Source of the DNA: a virus
Length of the DNA stretch: 64,000 nt
Virus record (IMG/VR): IMGVR_UViG_3300017748_000002
Span: 1 to 64,000 of that record
Strand: one strand, 5' to 3'
Positions 9,116 to 17,913 of this stretch are shown here, piece by piece. Both the position numbers and the translations under genes were made by a program. The notes beneath the pieces are model-generated. The model worked only from the letters and a program-made list of their open reading frames with translations, was not told where the DNA came from and searched no databases. How positions within the stretch are numbered: the first letter of the stretch is position 1; each line of letters opens with the position of its first letter.

Positions 9116-9157
9116 GCTCATTAAATGGTTTACAAAATCAGCATATTGATATATAAT
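9116..9157 (+). promoter_or_regulatory. sigma70-type early promoter with upstream GCTCA element
   Basis: TTTACA (9129-9134), 17 nt, TATAAT (9152-9157); GCTCA 8 nt upstream of the -35. Confidence 0.75.
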
Positions 9158-9202
9158 AGACCAGATATAAAAAAATAGAATCACACCAATAGGAGAGTTT
9201 TA

Positions 9203-11419
9203 ATGGCAACAGCTCATGTTGACACGAGGCAGTTTTTGTCTCAAACAAAATTTTATGAAGGATACTCTCGTTTTATAGACGATGAAAAGCGTTACGAGAG
9301 TTGGGAAGAAGCTGTAGATCGCGTGATTGGAATGCACGCAGATAACTACAAAGAAAAAGGCAACGAGCTAGGGCCATTTTTAGAAGAAGCACGTCAGGCA
9401 TACAAAGAACAGCGAGTACTCGCAGCACAGCGTTCTTTGCAGTTTGGTGGTGATCAATTGCTCAAACATCAAATGCGTATGTATAACTGTACGTCATCTT
9501 ATGCAGATCGTCCAGAGTTTTTTGGTGAAGTTTTCTATATTCTATTATGTGGTGCTGGTGCTGGCTTCTCGGTACAAACACATCACATCGCAAAATTACC
9601 ACAAATCGCCGCACGTACAAAACAAGCAAAAGGCTATATTGTAGAAGACTCTATTGAAGGTTGGGCTTCAGCACTAGACGTGTTGATGGCATCTTATTTT
9701 GTAGGTGGTGGTAAATATCCAGAGTTTGAAGGTCGTAGAGTATTCTTTGATCTTACACAGATTCGTCCAAAAGGCGCTAAGATCTCTGGTGGATTTAAAG
9801 CTCCAGGTCCTGAAGGCTTACGTAAGTCTCTTGACAAGATTGAGCACTTACTTCAAAGCAAAGTGATTGACCAAAAAGAGCCTATTGACTTACAACCAAT
9901 TAATGTTTATGATATTACCATGCATGCGGCAGATGCTGTATTGTCTGGTGGAGTACGTCGTTCAGCTACTATTTGTTTGTTCTCACCGACTGACGAAGAA
10001 ATGATGACAGCTAAAACAGGTAACTGGTTTATTGATAATCCACAGCGTGGTCGTTCAAACAACTCAGCCGTTATCGTACGTGATGAAGCAAAGAAAGAAG
10101 AATTTGCTAAATTAATGGAGTCTGTTAAGTCATTTGGTGAACCCGGTTTTGTGTTTGTAGAGTCTACCGAGCATACAACAAATCCATGTGTTGAGATTGG
10201 TATGTATCCACAGATTGATGGCGAGTCTGGTTGGCAAGGTTGTAACCTTACTGAAATCAATGGTGGTGCTTGTAAGACAGAAGAAGACTTCTACATGGCA
10301 TGCCGTGCAGGTGCTATTCTTGGAACGCTACAAGCTGGCTACACAGACTTCAGATTCCTCAGCCCAACATCAAAGAAGATCTTTGATCGTGAAGCTTTAC
10401 TTGGTGTATCGATAACTGGATGGATGAATCAACCGGATATTTTGTTCAATCCAAAAGTCCTTGAAAAGGGAGCTAAAATTGTTAAAGAAGTTAATAGAGA
10501 AATCGCCGGCATTATTGGTATTAATCCTGCCGCTCGGACTACTTGTGTTAAGCCTAGCGGTAATGCTTCAGTACTACTCCAGACCGCGTCTGGTATCCAT
10601 GCTGAGCACTCACCAACGTATATCAGAAATGTCCAGATGAATAAAGAGTCTGAGATTACTCAGGCAATTATCAAGTCAAATCCATATATGGTAGAAGAAT
10701 CTGTATGGTCTGCATCAGGAACTGATGTTGTTGTGTCGTTTCCAATCATTCCTCATAAAGGATCTTTGATGAAAGACGATATGCTTGGTGTTACACATTT
10801 AGATAAAGTCAAAACAGCTCAAAAGCATTGGGTTGTGGCTGGTACTAATGAAGAACTTTGTGCAGATAAAGGTATCCGCCATAATGTTTCTAATACTATC
10901 ATTGTTGATAATTGGGACGAGGTTGAGTCGTATGTATTCAAGAATCGCCACTCATTCTCAGGTATCTCATTCCTGTCTATGTCAGGCGATAAAGACTACA
11001 ATCAGGCTCCAAACACTGCGGTTATCAATGCTAAGCAGATGGTAAAGCAATATGACGAAGCTGCAATCTTTGCATCCGGTCTTGTTGTTGACGCATTAAA
11101 AGTCTATAATAACCTATGGGATGCTTGTTCTACAGCTCAAGGATATGGCATAGATATTTCTTTAGAATGTGCTGAGAATGCGGCACGTGCTGATTGGAAT
11201 AGACGGTTTGAAAACTTTGCAAATAGCTATTTAAAACGTGATGTCAAAAAGGCTGAACACTGTTTGAAAGATGCTTATCTACTTCACAAGTGGAATAAGA
11301 TTCAAACTAACCTGAAGCCAATTGAATGGAAAACTGGATTGACAGAAAAGAAGTATACAGATGTAGATACTATTGCAGCAGCTAGCTGTGCTGGTGGAGC
11401 ATGTGAAATTGACTTCTAA
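9203..11419 (+). CDS. nrdJ: Class II adenosylcobalamin-dependent ribonucleotide reductase (monomeric RTPR type)
   Basis: MYNC, GGVRRSA, TNPCVEI, CNLTE, TTCVKPSG and C-terminal CAGGACEI redox pair; no nrdB partner adjacent. Confidence 0.9.
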   Translation: MATAHVDTRQFLSQTKFYEGYSRFIDDEKRYESWEEAVDRVIGMHADNYKEKGNELGPFLEEARQAYKEQRVLAAQRSLQFGGDQLLKHQMRMYNCTSSYADRPEFFGEVFYILLCGAGAGFSVQTHHIAKLPQIAARTKQAKGYIVEDSIEGWASALDVLMASYFVGGGKYPEFEGRRVFFDLTQIRPKGAKISGGFKAPGPEGLRKSLDKIEHLLQSKVIDQKEPIDLQPINVYDITMHAADAVLSGGVRRSATICLFSPTDEEMMTAKTGNWFIDNPQRGRSNNSAVIVRDEAKKEEFAKLMESVKSFGEPGFVFVESTEHTTNPCVEIGMYPQIDGESGWQGCNLTEINGGACKTEEDFYMACRAGAILGTLQAGYTDFRFLSPTSKKIFDREALLGVSITGWMNQPDILFNPKVLEKGAKIVKEVNREIAGIIGINPAARTTCVKPSGNASVLLQTASGIHAEHSPTYIRNVQMNKESEITQAIIKSNPYMVEESVWSASGTDVVVSFPIIPHKGSLMKDDMLGVTHLDKVKTAQKHWVVAGTNEELCADKGIRHNVSNTIIVDNWDEVESYVFKNRHSFSGISFLSMSGDKDYNQAPNTAVINAKQMVKQYDEAAIFASGLVVDALKVYNNLWDACSTAQGYGIDISLECAENAARADWNRRFENFANSYLKRDVKKAEHCLKDAYLLHKWNKIQTNLKPIEWKTGLTEKKYTDVDTIAAASCAGGACEIDF

Positions 11420-11561
11420 GGTACCTTCACCGTGTATTCAAGTCTGTACAGTCGTTGATGGTTTTTGTCTTGGTTGTGAGCGCTCTGCAAAAGAAATTGC
11501 AGAGTGGCTCAGAGCTACCGATGAAAGAAAGCTAGAAATCTTAGAAAGGATCGGGCAATGA
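11403..11561 (+). CDS. DUF1289-family Cys-rich small protein
   Basis: PSPCIQVC...FCLGCERSAKEIAEW; start uncertain (GTG 11403). Confidence 0.75.
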   Translation: MKLTSKVPSPCIQVCTVVDGFCLGCERSAKEIAEWLRATDERKLEILERIGQ

Positions 11562-11713
11562 ACGAATATCGTGTAGAGTGTCATGCCTGTGATGATGAGA
11601 TGATTGTGATATGCGGTACAGACGTTCCATCTTTTTGCCCACTATGTGGAGAAGAAGATTTAATTGTAACAAGATTTGACAAAGAACTTGATATTGAGGT
11701 TGAAGACGAGTAA
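11558..11713 (+). CDS. Zinc-ribbon micro-protein (51 aa)
   Basis: Hand translation MNEYRVECHACDDEMIVICGTDVPSFCPLCGEED...; CxxC...CPxCG; ATGA overlap. Confidence 0.7.
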   Translation: MNEYRVECHACDDEMIVICGTDVPSFCPLCGEEDLIVTRFDKELDIEVEDE

Positions 11714-11724
11714 TATATATTCGT

Positions 11725-12126
11725 ATGTGGACATATGAAAACAAACCTTTTGACACAACCCCAGATGAATATCAAGGCTTCGTTTATCTCATCACAGAGC
11801 TGGATACAGGTAAGAAATATATCGGTAAAAAGAACTTCTGGCGGCCTAAAACATTACCAAAAAATTCAAAGAGAAATCGAAGAGTACGAACAAGAGTTGA
11901 ATCTGACTGGAGAGATTACTATGGATCCAGCAAAGAAGTGCAACAACTCGTCGAAGACAAAGGAAGAGAAAACTATTCTAGAGAAATCTTACACCTTTGC
12001 AAGTCTAAGGGATCTATGTCGTACTATGAAGCAAAGCTTCAGTTTCAATACGATGTTCTCTTAAGTGATGAATATTATAATGAATTTATTGGGTGCAAAA
12101 TACACTCAAGACATGTAAAAGGATAA
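11725..12126 (+). CDS. GIY-YIG (Seg-like) nuclease-domain protein
   Basis: GFVYLIT...KKYIGKK, YYGSS, YYEAK, YYN motifs. Confidence 0.8.
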   Translation: MWTYENKPFDTTPDEYQGFVYLITELDTGKKYIGKKNFWRPKTLPKNSKRNRRVRTRVESDWRDYYGSSKEVQQLVEDKGRENYSREILHLCKSKGSMSYYEAKLQFQYDVLLSDEYYNEFIGCKIHSRHVKG

Positions 12127-12134
12127 ATAGAATT

Positions 12135-12557
12135 ATGAATAAATTATTAGTACATGAAGTTCTTGACAAAGTTCGAAAAGCTCGACATAAGAATATTAAA
12201 ATTGAGATCCTCAAGAATAATGATTCTTGGGCGCTTAAAGACATTTTACGTGGGACGTTCGACACAACAATCAAATGGAATCTTCCAGGGGGTGATCCAC
12301 CATATACGAAGTGTGATCCCCATAACGCTCCTACCAATCTCTACAAAGAACATAGAAAGTTTGTATATTTCGTGAAAGGAGTTCGCGAAAGCAACCGCTT
12401 GCATCCAGCAAAGCGCGAAAGTATTTTCATCGGTTTGATAGAGGGTATTGACCCTTCTGACGCTCAGCTCGTCATTAATATGATAAACAAAACTAAACCA
12501 GAAGGCATCACTCGAAATATTGTGCAGGAGGCGTTTCCAAACCTATTGCAGGACTGA
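12135..12557 (+). CDS. Conserved T4-like hypothetical protein (DUF6433-like)
   Basis: LVHEVL...KIEIL...W.LP.G.PPY...KRESIFIGLIEG..P.DA..AFP pattern. Confidence 0.7.
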   Translation: MNKLLVHEVLDKVRKARHKNIKIEILKNNDSWALKDILRGTFDTTIKWNLPGGDPPYTKCDPHNAPTNLYKEHRKFVYFVKGVRESNRLHPAKRESIFIGLIEGIDPSDAQLVINMINKTKPEGITRNIVQEAFPNLLQD

Positions 12558-12584
12558 TGTCATAACCCTAACCGGAGACAATAA

Positions 12585-12737
12585 ATGCCAGCAATACAAC
12601 TCGAAAGACTACGTAACGACATCCTCGAATTGGATGTTTACATCAAAAAGCTAAAGATAAGAGGGTCGTTGGACCGAGTTAAAAAATTGTATGAAAAGAA
12701 AAACTTTTTGAAAGAAAGGTTAGCCGCAGTCATTTAA
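12585..12737 (+). CDS. Hypothetical micro-protein (50 aa)
   Basis: Hand translation MPAIQLERLRNDILELDVYIKKLK...; RBS GGAG upstream. Confidence 0.6.
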   Translation: MPAIQLERLRNDILELDVYIKKLKIRGSLDRVKKLYEKKNFLKERLAAVI

Positions 12738-12740
12738 TTG

Positions 12741-12769
12741 TTTACATTGCCTCTGTTCTGTGATATAAT
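12741..12769 (+). promoter_or_regulatory. sigma70-type early promoter
   Basis: TTTACA, 17 nt, TGnTATAAT. Confidence 0.75.
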
Positions 12770-12798
12770 ATACTTATCAATAGAGCAGAGGTTTTTTT
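12750..12798 (+). terminator. Intrinsic terminator-like hairpin enclosing the -10 of the promoter
   Basis: CCTCTGTTCT...AGAGCAGAGG stem followed by T7. Confidence 0.55.
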
Positions 12799-12801
12799 AC
12801 T

Positions 12802-13380
12802 ATGAATTTGTTTATCTTACACGAAGATCCAGTCATTGCTGCGCAGATGCAATGTGACAAGCATATTCCAAAAATGGTTGTAGAGTCTGGTCAAATGTTG
12901 TCCACAGCACATCGAGTGCTGGATGGCATTCTTGATCGTAGGCCGTCAAAGTCTGGCAAAACAAACGTGAAGTACTGGGATCTATATCTTGGTCGAGATG
13001 ACCTTGAAGGCGAGTTACTACTTTACAAAGCTGTACATGTAGGCCATCCATGTACTCAATGGACTATGCGCACAAGCGATAATTATGATTGGCACTACCA
13101 ACATTTTATTGCACTTGCTCAAGAATATACATACAGGTATGACAAAGATCATAAGACAGCTGTTGAACTTGGTGCAGCACTCTACAATAAACCGGACAAC
13201 ATTCCTCAAGGGCCGTTGACTCCATTTGAATTGGCTATGAAATCAAACCCTGAATGTATGTTCCAAGATCCAGTAAAGTCATACAGACTTTTCTATCAAA
13301 CAAAACAAGAGCGTTTCAAAATGGTATGGACGAAACGCAACAGACCGGAGTGGTTTAATAATGTACACAGCGATGGATAG
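12802..13380 (+). CDS. Pyrimidine-dimer DNA glycosylase / endonuclease V-like protein
   Basis: MNLF.L..DP..AAQ..CDKH..KM..ES.QMLSTAH, H..HPCT.W, Y..RY.K.H motifs. Confidence 0.75.
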   Translation: MNLFILHEDPVIAAQMQCDKHIPKMVVESGQMLSTAHRVLDGILDRRPSKSGKTNVKYWDLYLGRDDLEGELLLYKAVHVGHPCTQWTMRTSDNYDWHYQHFIALAQEYTYRYDKDHKTAVELGAALYNKPDNIPQGPLTPFELAMKSNPECMFQDPVKSYRLFYQTKQERFKMVWTKRNRPEWFNNVHSDG

Positions 13381-13531
13381 ATATAAAATCCTACAAAACG
13401 AAATCAAATTACTTGAAGATAGGTTACAGCCACAAGACACTGGCCACCTAAACACTGCAATCGCCGTATTACAAGGGCGGTGCAGAGAACTAGAAGAGGA
13501 AATCAATGCCCGTTTACACGCTACGCGATGA
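13361..13531 (+). CDS. Hypothetical micro-protein (56 aa)
   Basis: Hand translation ...MDRYKILQNEIKLLEDRLQPQDTGHLNTAIAVLQGRCRELEE; fills the gap between neighbours. Confidence 0.55.
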   Translation: MYTAMDRYKILQNEIKLLEDRLQPQDTGHLNTAIAVLQGRCRELEEEINARLHATR

Positions 13532-13739
13532 AAAAACTCGAGATGAGTGGGAAGTCAATATGTCTTACGACGAGTTACAAATCGTTCTCGACACAATGGA
13601 AAACGTGTCTCATGTTTTGCAACCATCAAACTTTATTACTCAGCATGGTAGTATTCACAGCCGTACTGATACTGATTTCCGTAGTCATTTGAAAGCAATT
13701 AAAAAGAAATATCCTGGGAACACGATTGATAACTCATGA
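13506..13739 (+). CDS. Small FmdB-like phage protein (Cys-less)
   Basis: MPVYTL...E..MSY.E...F...LKAIKKKYPG pattern, upstream of phoH as in marine T4-likes. Confidence 0.6.
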   Translation: MPVYTLRDEKTRDEWEVNMSYDELQIVLDTMENVSHVLQPSNFITQHGSIHSRTDTDFRSHLKAIKKKYPGNTIDNS

Positions 13740-14428
13740 CTCAAAAAAATAATTCATCACGTGTAAAACCACAAGATCTTTATCAGTTTGATCCTATTAC
13801 AAAGAATCAAGAAAAGACTTTTAATCTATGGGATGAGGAAGAGAACCTTATTCTTATGGGATCAGCAGGTACAGGTAAAACATTCATAGCACTATACCTT
13901 GCTCTCGATGAAATGCTAAACAACCCTAGTAAATTGTATGATAAAATCATTATTGTACGTTCGGTTGTGGCTGTCAGAGAGATTGGTTTTCTCCCTGGAA
14001 AGCTAGAAGAAAAGACATCTGTATTTGAAACTCCATACAGAATGATTTGTGATGAGTTGTTCCAAACGAGTACTGCTTATAATAAAATGATAAATAGTCA
14101 TCAGATACAGTTTGAAACAACATCTTATATACGTGGTAAAACGTTTGATCGTGCTATCATTGTTGTTGATGAGATGCAAAATTTAAACTTTCACGAACTC
14201 GATTCTATCATGACTCGTGTAGGTGAAAATTGCCGGATTATATTTGCCGGTGATTATCTTCAGTCTGATTTCAAAGCTGAAGGTGAGAAGGACGGACTAC
14301 TGAAATTCGTTAGTATCATCGAAAGAATGAAAAATTTCTCAGTAGTTCAATTTGGTTGGGACGATATCGTACGCTCTGGTATCGTCAGAGACTATATTCA
14401 AACTAAGGAGATGATGGGACTCAAATGA
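13736..14428 (+). CDS. phoH: PhoH-family ATPase
   Basis: Walker A GSAGTGKT, IGFLPG, YIRGKTF, IVVDEMQN, GD..QSD, DIVRSG. Confidence 0.92.
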   Translation: MTQKNNSSRVKPQDLYQFDPITKNQEKTFNLWDEEENLILMGSAGTGKTFIALYLALDEMLNNPSKLYDKIIIVRSVVAVREIGFLPGKLEEKTSVFETPYRMICDELFQTSTAYNKMINSHQIQFETTSYIRGKTFDRAIIVVDEMQNLNFHELDSIMTRVGENCRIIFAGDYLQSDFKAEGEKDGLLKFVSIIERMKNFSVVQFGWDDIVRSGIVRDYIQTKEMMGLK

Positions 14429-14429
14429 T

Positions 14430-14762
14430 ATGCTTAAATATATCTTCCTATGTGTTGCGTTAATCGTAACACCAGCTATGGCCGGACCGCAATGGTTTGC
14501 TAAACCGGTTCAATGCGATATAATAGACAACGTCGACGATCTAATGATGGAACGTGGACAAGAACCACTCTTTGCTGGAATAGGTGCTGCAAGAATAGGT
14601 GATGATAGAGCAGTACTTCCTGTCATCGTATTTGCTAATTCAGATGATTATAGTTGGCATGTAGTAGAATATAATATCGATCAAGATCAAGCATGTATCC
14701 TTGCTGTTGGCGATAATTTAGATTTTAGTGCCGCAGATTGGTATTACACAAAAAATGATTAA
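14430..14762 (+). CDS. Secreted/periplasmic hypothetical protein
   Basis: Signal peptide ending AMA; KPVQC...C pair. Confidence 0.6.
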   Translation: MLKYIFLCVALIVTPAMAGPQWFAKPVQCDIIDNVDDLMMERGQEPLFAGIGAARIGDDRAVLPVIVFANSDDYSWHVVEYNIDQDQACILAVGDNLDFSAADWYYTKND

Positions 14763-14777
14763 TTTGTGAATCAGTTG

Positions 14778-14806
14778 TTTACTTTTCCGAATAACTATGG
14801 TATAAT
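14778..14806 (+). promoter_or_regulatory. sigma70-type early promoter
   Basis: TTTACT, 17 nt, TGnTATAAT. Confidence 0.7.
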
Positions 14807-14835
14807 AAATAATAATTGAAAAAGGAAATCAAACT

Positions 14836-15513
14836 ATGGAGTTTATCCATGAAAAAATCGACATGGGCTATGAGAGCTTGGACAGAACAGATAGCCCTGA
14901 CGGGAGGCGGTATCTTACCTTGGACGGTAATGCTTATCCTTCTGTTACTACTGTCCTTAGTATCTTAAGCGAAGAATCAATTGCTAAATGGCGTAAGCGT
15001 GTTGGCGAAGAAGAAGCGAATCGTATTGGTGGACGTGCTGCGGCACGTGGCACAGCAGTACATAGTCTTATTGAAAAGTATCTACAAAATGACAAAGACT
15101 GTAGAGAAAACTTCTTGCCACATGTAGTACAATCTCTAGAAAACCTTAGACCATTGTTGGATAAGCATGTCACAAAAGTCTATGCGCAGGAAGTGCCACT
15201 ATATTCTGATCACCTACAACTGGCAGGAACATGTGATGCTGTGGTTGAGTGGGATGGAGTACCTACCATCGTTGACTGGAAAACCAGCCGGCGGCCAAAG
15301 AAAAAAGCTAACATTGGTAACTACTTCATGCAACTTGCCGCCTACGCAGTAATGTGGGAGGAACGTACTGGTATGGCTATCAACCAGACTCGTATTGTTA
15401 TGGACGTAGATGACTTCCATCCAGTTATGTACAAAGAAACACGTGATGCTTGGATCGACAAAATGATTGAGACACGTGACGAATACAATCGAAGAAAGTT
15501 GTTTCATGGATAA
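14836..15513 (+). CDS. PD-(D/E)XK exonuclease (RecB/Cas4-like, conserved in marine T4-likes)
   Basis: YPSVTTVL, RGTAVH, AGTCD, IVDWKTS, Q..AYA motifs. Confidence 0.85.
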   Translation: MEFIHEKIDMGYESLDRTDSPDGRRYLTLDGNAYPSVTTVLSILSEESIAKWRKRVGEEEANRIGGRAAARGTAVHSLIEKYLQNDKDCRENFLPHVVQSLENLRPLLDKHVTKVYAQEVPLYSDHLQLAGTCDAVVEWDGVPTIVDWKTSRRPKKKANIGNYFMQLAAYAVMWEERTGMAINQTRIVMDVDDFHPVMYKETRDAWIDKMIETRDEYNRRKLFHG

Positions 15514-15631
15514 AGGCCTTAGAATACTTAAGTCAGAAGCGGCACGTACTCGCCGACGAAAACGTAAAAACATTCTATTAGAAACAACGGTACGTCTCTA
15601 TAGTAGACTCCGAAAGAAAAGAAAAAAGTGA
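15506..15631 (+). CDS. Very basic micro-protein (41 aa)
   Basis: Hand translation MDKGLRILKSEAARTRRRKRKNILLETTVRLYSRLRKKRKK; ends at a terminator. Confidence 0.5.
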   Translation: MDKGLRILKSEAARTRRRKRKNILLETTVRLYSRLRKKRKK

Positions 15632-15649
15632 GCTACGGCTCATTTTTTT
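15622..15649 (+). terminator. Intrinsic terminator with cUACGg tetraloop (possibly bidirectional)
   Basis: AAAAAA-GTGAGC-TACG-GCTCAT-TTTTTT. Confidence 0.8.
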
Positions 15650-15657
15650 ATGAAATC

Positions 15658-15700
15658 TGCTCACTTTTTTGTTTACGTATGAAAAGAATTAGTGTATAAT
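15658..15700 (+). promoter_or_regulatory. Early promoter with TGCTCA-N8 element
   Basis: TGCTCACTTTTTTG, TTTACG (15672-15677), 17 nt, TATAAT (15695-15700). Confidence 0.75.
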
Positions 15701-15734
15701 ATAACTATAAAATGATGAAGAGGAGATTATCATT

Positions 15735-15968
15735 ATGTCTAAGCCAATTTCAAATGCAGCCTTCAAAAGAATGATTCTTCAAGAGTCTGCCGAAAAGCAA
15801 CAAGAAATTATTAGTCGTCAACTAAGAATCCTTCCGCGGATGATTATGGATGAAGTTGCTCGTATGCCACAGTTGCCTACATCACCTAAAGTGATTAAGG
15901 ACCTAGAATCAAAACTAAAGTTGGTTCAATCAATGTGGACAGACATTTTGGTGGCTCGTCATGTTTAA
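15735..15968 (+). CDS. Hypothetical early protein
   Basis: 77 aa, strong AGGAG RBS after promoter. Confidence 0.7.
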   Translation: MSKPISNAAFKRMILQESAEKQQEIISRQLRILPRMIMDEVARMPQLPTSPKVIKDLESKLKLVQSMWTDILVARHV

Positions 15969-16077
15969 TTTTCTTCTTGGTCTTACTATAGGTATTCTGC
16001 TTGGTATACACCAACCAGATGCTGTTATTGCGGTATATGAAACTATTACAGGAGCTATAAGTGACAATTTATCTTGA
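15961..16077 (+). CDS. Small membrane peptide (38 aa)
   Basis: Hand translation MFNFLLGLTIGILLGIHQPDAVIAVYETITGAISDNLS. Confidence 0.45.
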   Translation: MFNFLLGLTIGILLGIHQPDAVIAVYETITGAISDNLS

Positions 16078-16585
16078 TATGGATGGTGTGATTGCTGATT
16101 TCTTTAATGGTCTTGCTAGACGATATGGTGTAAGCCATTGGAAGTCTATCCAAGATCGTGAGATTAAGTTTAGAGAACTCGCTAATACTGACTTCTTCTA
16201 CAACTTAGATATATTTCCAACAACTTACGAACTTGTAAAACGTGTCAAGTTAGTAGCCGCTCGAGAAGAAACCGAATGGGGTATCTGTTCATCTCCACTA
16301 CGCGGTGATAGAGATAACTCAGCATATTGGAAAAGACAATGGCTAAATCGATGGGACATTCTTCCACCATTGGTTGAGAACATGATTTTTACCAGTAACA
16401 AGCATAAATATGCTATAAGTCCACTGACTCGTAGACCAAATATTCTTATCGATGATAAACCAGAAAATATCAGTCGATGGAATGAAGCTGGTGGTATCGG
16501 TATTCGCTACCAAGCAAATGAAGACGATCTTGAAGAATACCTGTTTGTTGAATTGGAGAAAGCATGCAAATTGGCGAAATACTAA
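16061..16585 (+). CDS. HAD-family 5'(3')-deoxyribonucleotidase-like protein
   Basis: IYLDMDGVIADF (DxD), CSSP, K..W, ILIDD motifs. Confidence 0.85.
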   Translation: MTIYLDMDGVIADFFNGLARRYGVSHWKSIQDREIKFRELANTDFFYNLDIFPTTYELVKRVKLVAAREETEWGICSSPLRGDRDNSAYWKRQWLNRWDILPPLVENMIFTSNKHKYAISPLTRRPNILIDDKPENISRWNEAGGIGIRYQANEDDLEEYLFVELEKACKLAKY

Positions 16586-16782
16586 GACTACGATCTGACT
16601 TCGAAGACATCACTCATGGTTATAATATGCCAGAAGGAAGTCATATAAATACGCTTGAGTGGTTTGTTGAGAATGGACATAGATCCAACTCGCTTCGTAA
16701 TGGTTTTAATGATGCATATGTAATAGCACAGATAATCCTTACGGAGCATAACACATGGCAGAAGACAGTAAACCAACAGTAA
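16564..16782 (+). CDS. Hypothetical protein
   Basis: 72-aa ORF overlapping both neighbours. Confidence 0.6.
   Translation: MQIGEILRLRSDFEDITHGYNMPEGSHINTLEWFVENGHRSNSLRNGFNDAYVIAQIILTEHNTWQKTVNQQ
16644..16651 (+). promoter_or_regulatory. Possible T4-type late promoter upstream of the glycan island
   Basis: TATAAATA inside the 16564 ORF. Confidence 0.35.
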
Positions 16783-17099
16783 CTATCGATGCAGAAGCTA
16801 TCGAAGGTGCAGATACTAATGGTGATGGTCACGTTTCTAAAAAAGAAATGGACATGCATCTTGAATTTAAACGGAAAGCGCTTGAAGACGCTGATGCTCA
16901 GAGAGATGCAATTCGTAAGATGGCATGGTTCTCACTTGTTGGATTGTTGATATATCCAATCGGTATTGCAATCACATCAGGATTTGGTATGGATAAAGCA
17001 TCCGAACTCATTGCTGACATTGCGCCTACATACTTTGCATCAATTGCAGTATTAGTTTCAGCCTTCTTTGGAGCAGATGCTATCGCCAAAAAGAAGTAA
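16755..17099 (+). CDS. Membrane protein with EF-hand-like loop (holin-like)
   Basis: DTNGDGHVSKKE loop plus two C-terminal TM helices. Confidence 0.6.
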   Translation: MAEDSKPTVTIDAEAIEGADTNGDGHVSKKEMDMHLEFKRKALEDADAQRDAIRKMAWFSLVGLLIYPIGIAITSGFGMDKASELIADIAPTYFASIAVLVSAFFGADAIAKKK

Positions 17100-17112
17100 T
17101 ATATAACTTATA

Positions 17113-17913
17113 ATGAAAAATTTGATATTACAATATTATATTCCGTATGAGTCTTTTGATGCGGATCTAGGTGGAGTAGAATTACCAGATTGGGCCAAGG
17201 CTGGATCAGAGTGCGCGCAAATGTATGCCGAGTTTTGCGAAGCAGAATACAAGCTAGCAAACGACAGGTATTTCGAACATCTGGATCCACGCCTTGACTC
17301 ATTACGTATCTTTTATGATCCTCAATACGAAGAGTACGATAATATCCTGACACTCGATCTGGATATGTTAGTTACAACTCCCTTTAACATTTTTGAAAGC
17401 TTTAACACCGGTGCTGATGTAGCAATGGTGCATGAGCTAGGTGTACATACTGGCAATCCAGCAGGTTGGCTTAAACGTGTTATGGATGTTCCAATATATC
17501 AAAGAGGCATTATTGCGTATGGCCAACATCTGTTTGGTAAAGACTGGATGTTTCCAAAGTCAGTCTTGTATCCAAATGAAAGATTCCGTTATCTCAATGG
17601 TGGACTTCAATTATGGACCAAACATGGTAGAGAGAAAGCACGTGAGCACTTTACTTCAGTTGACAACTATGTAATGCATACACGATATACAGAACAAATG
17701 TATGTTAACCTTCAACTCAGTCAGTCAATCTTTAACGTTAACGAGCTTGATACACATTGGAATAGAATGCCTTATCAGTGGAGTGGTGGACAACCGGATG
17801 GTAGAATTAATCACTTCCTCGCAAGAGATAAGTTTAATATGCCGAAATTATGGAAAGGTATGAAAGATGGCAAGATATCTAGAAATTGCAGCTGGTGCCA
17901 AACGAGGTCTTAA
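17113..17913 (+). CDS. Glycosyltransferase, GT-A fold (GT8-like)
   Basis: LDLD DxD motif, YLNGG, EQ, WN, NHF motifs. Confidence 0.7.
   Translation: MKNLILQYYIPYESFDADLGGVELPDWAKAGSECAQMYAEFCEAEYKLANDRYFEHLDPRLDSLRIFYDPQYEEYDNILTLDLDMLVTTPFNIFESFNTGADVAMVHELGVHTGNPAGWLKRVMDVPIYQRGIIAYGQHLFGKDWMFPKSVLYPNERFRYLNGGLQLWTKHGREKAREHFTSVDNYVMHTRYTEQMYVNLQLSQSIFNVNELDTHWNRMPYQWSGGQPDGRINHFLARDKFNMPKLWKGMKDGKISRNCSWCQTRS

Noticed and set aside
11725-12126. GIY-YIG ORF as an intron-encoded homing endonuclease
   Set aside because: Free-standing, short, no interrupted host gene or group I intron structure seen; nrdJ is continuous with no evident intein.
14836-15513. Cas4-like nuclease as evidence of a CRISPR system
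   Set aside because: Lacks the four-Cys Fe-S motif and any cas or array context; it is the common T4-like exonuclease.
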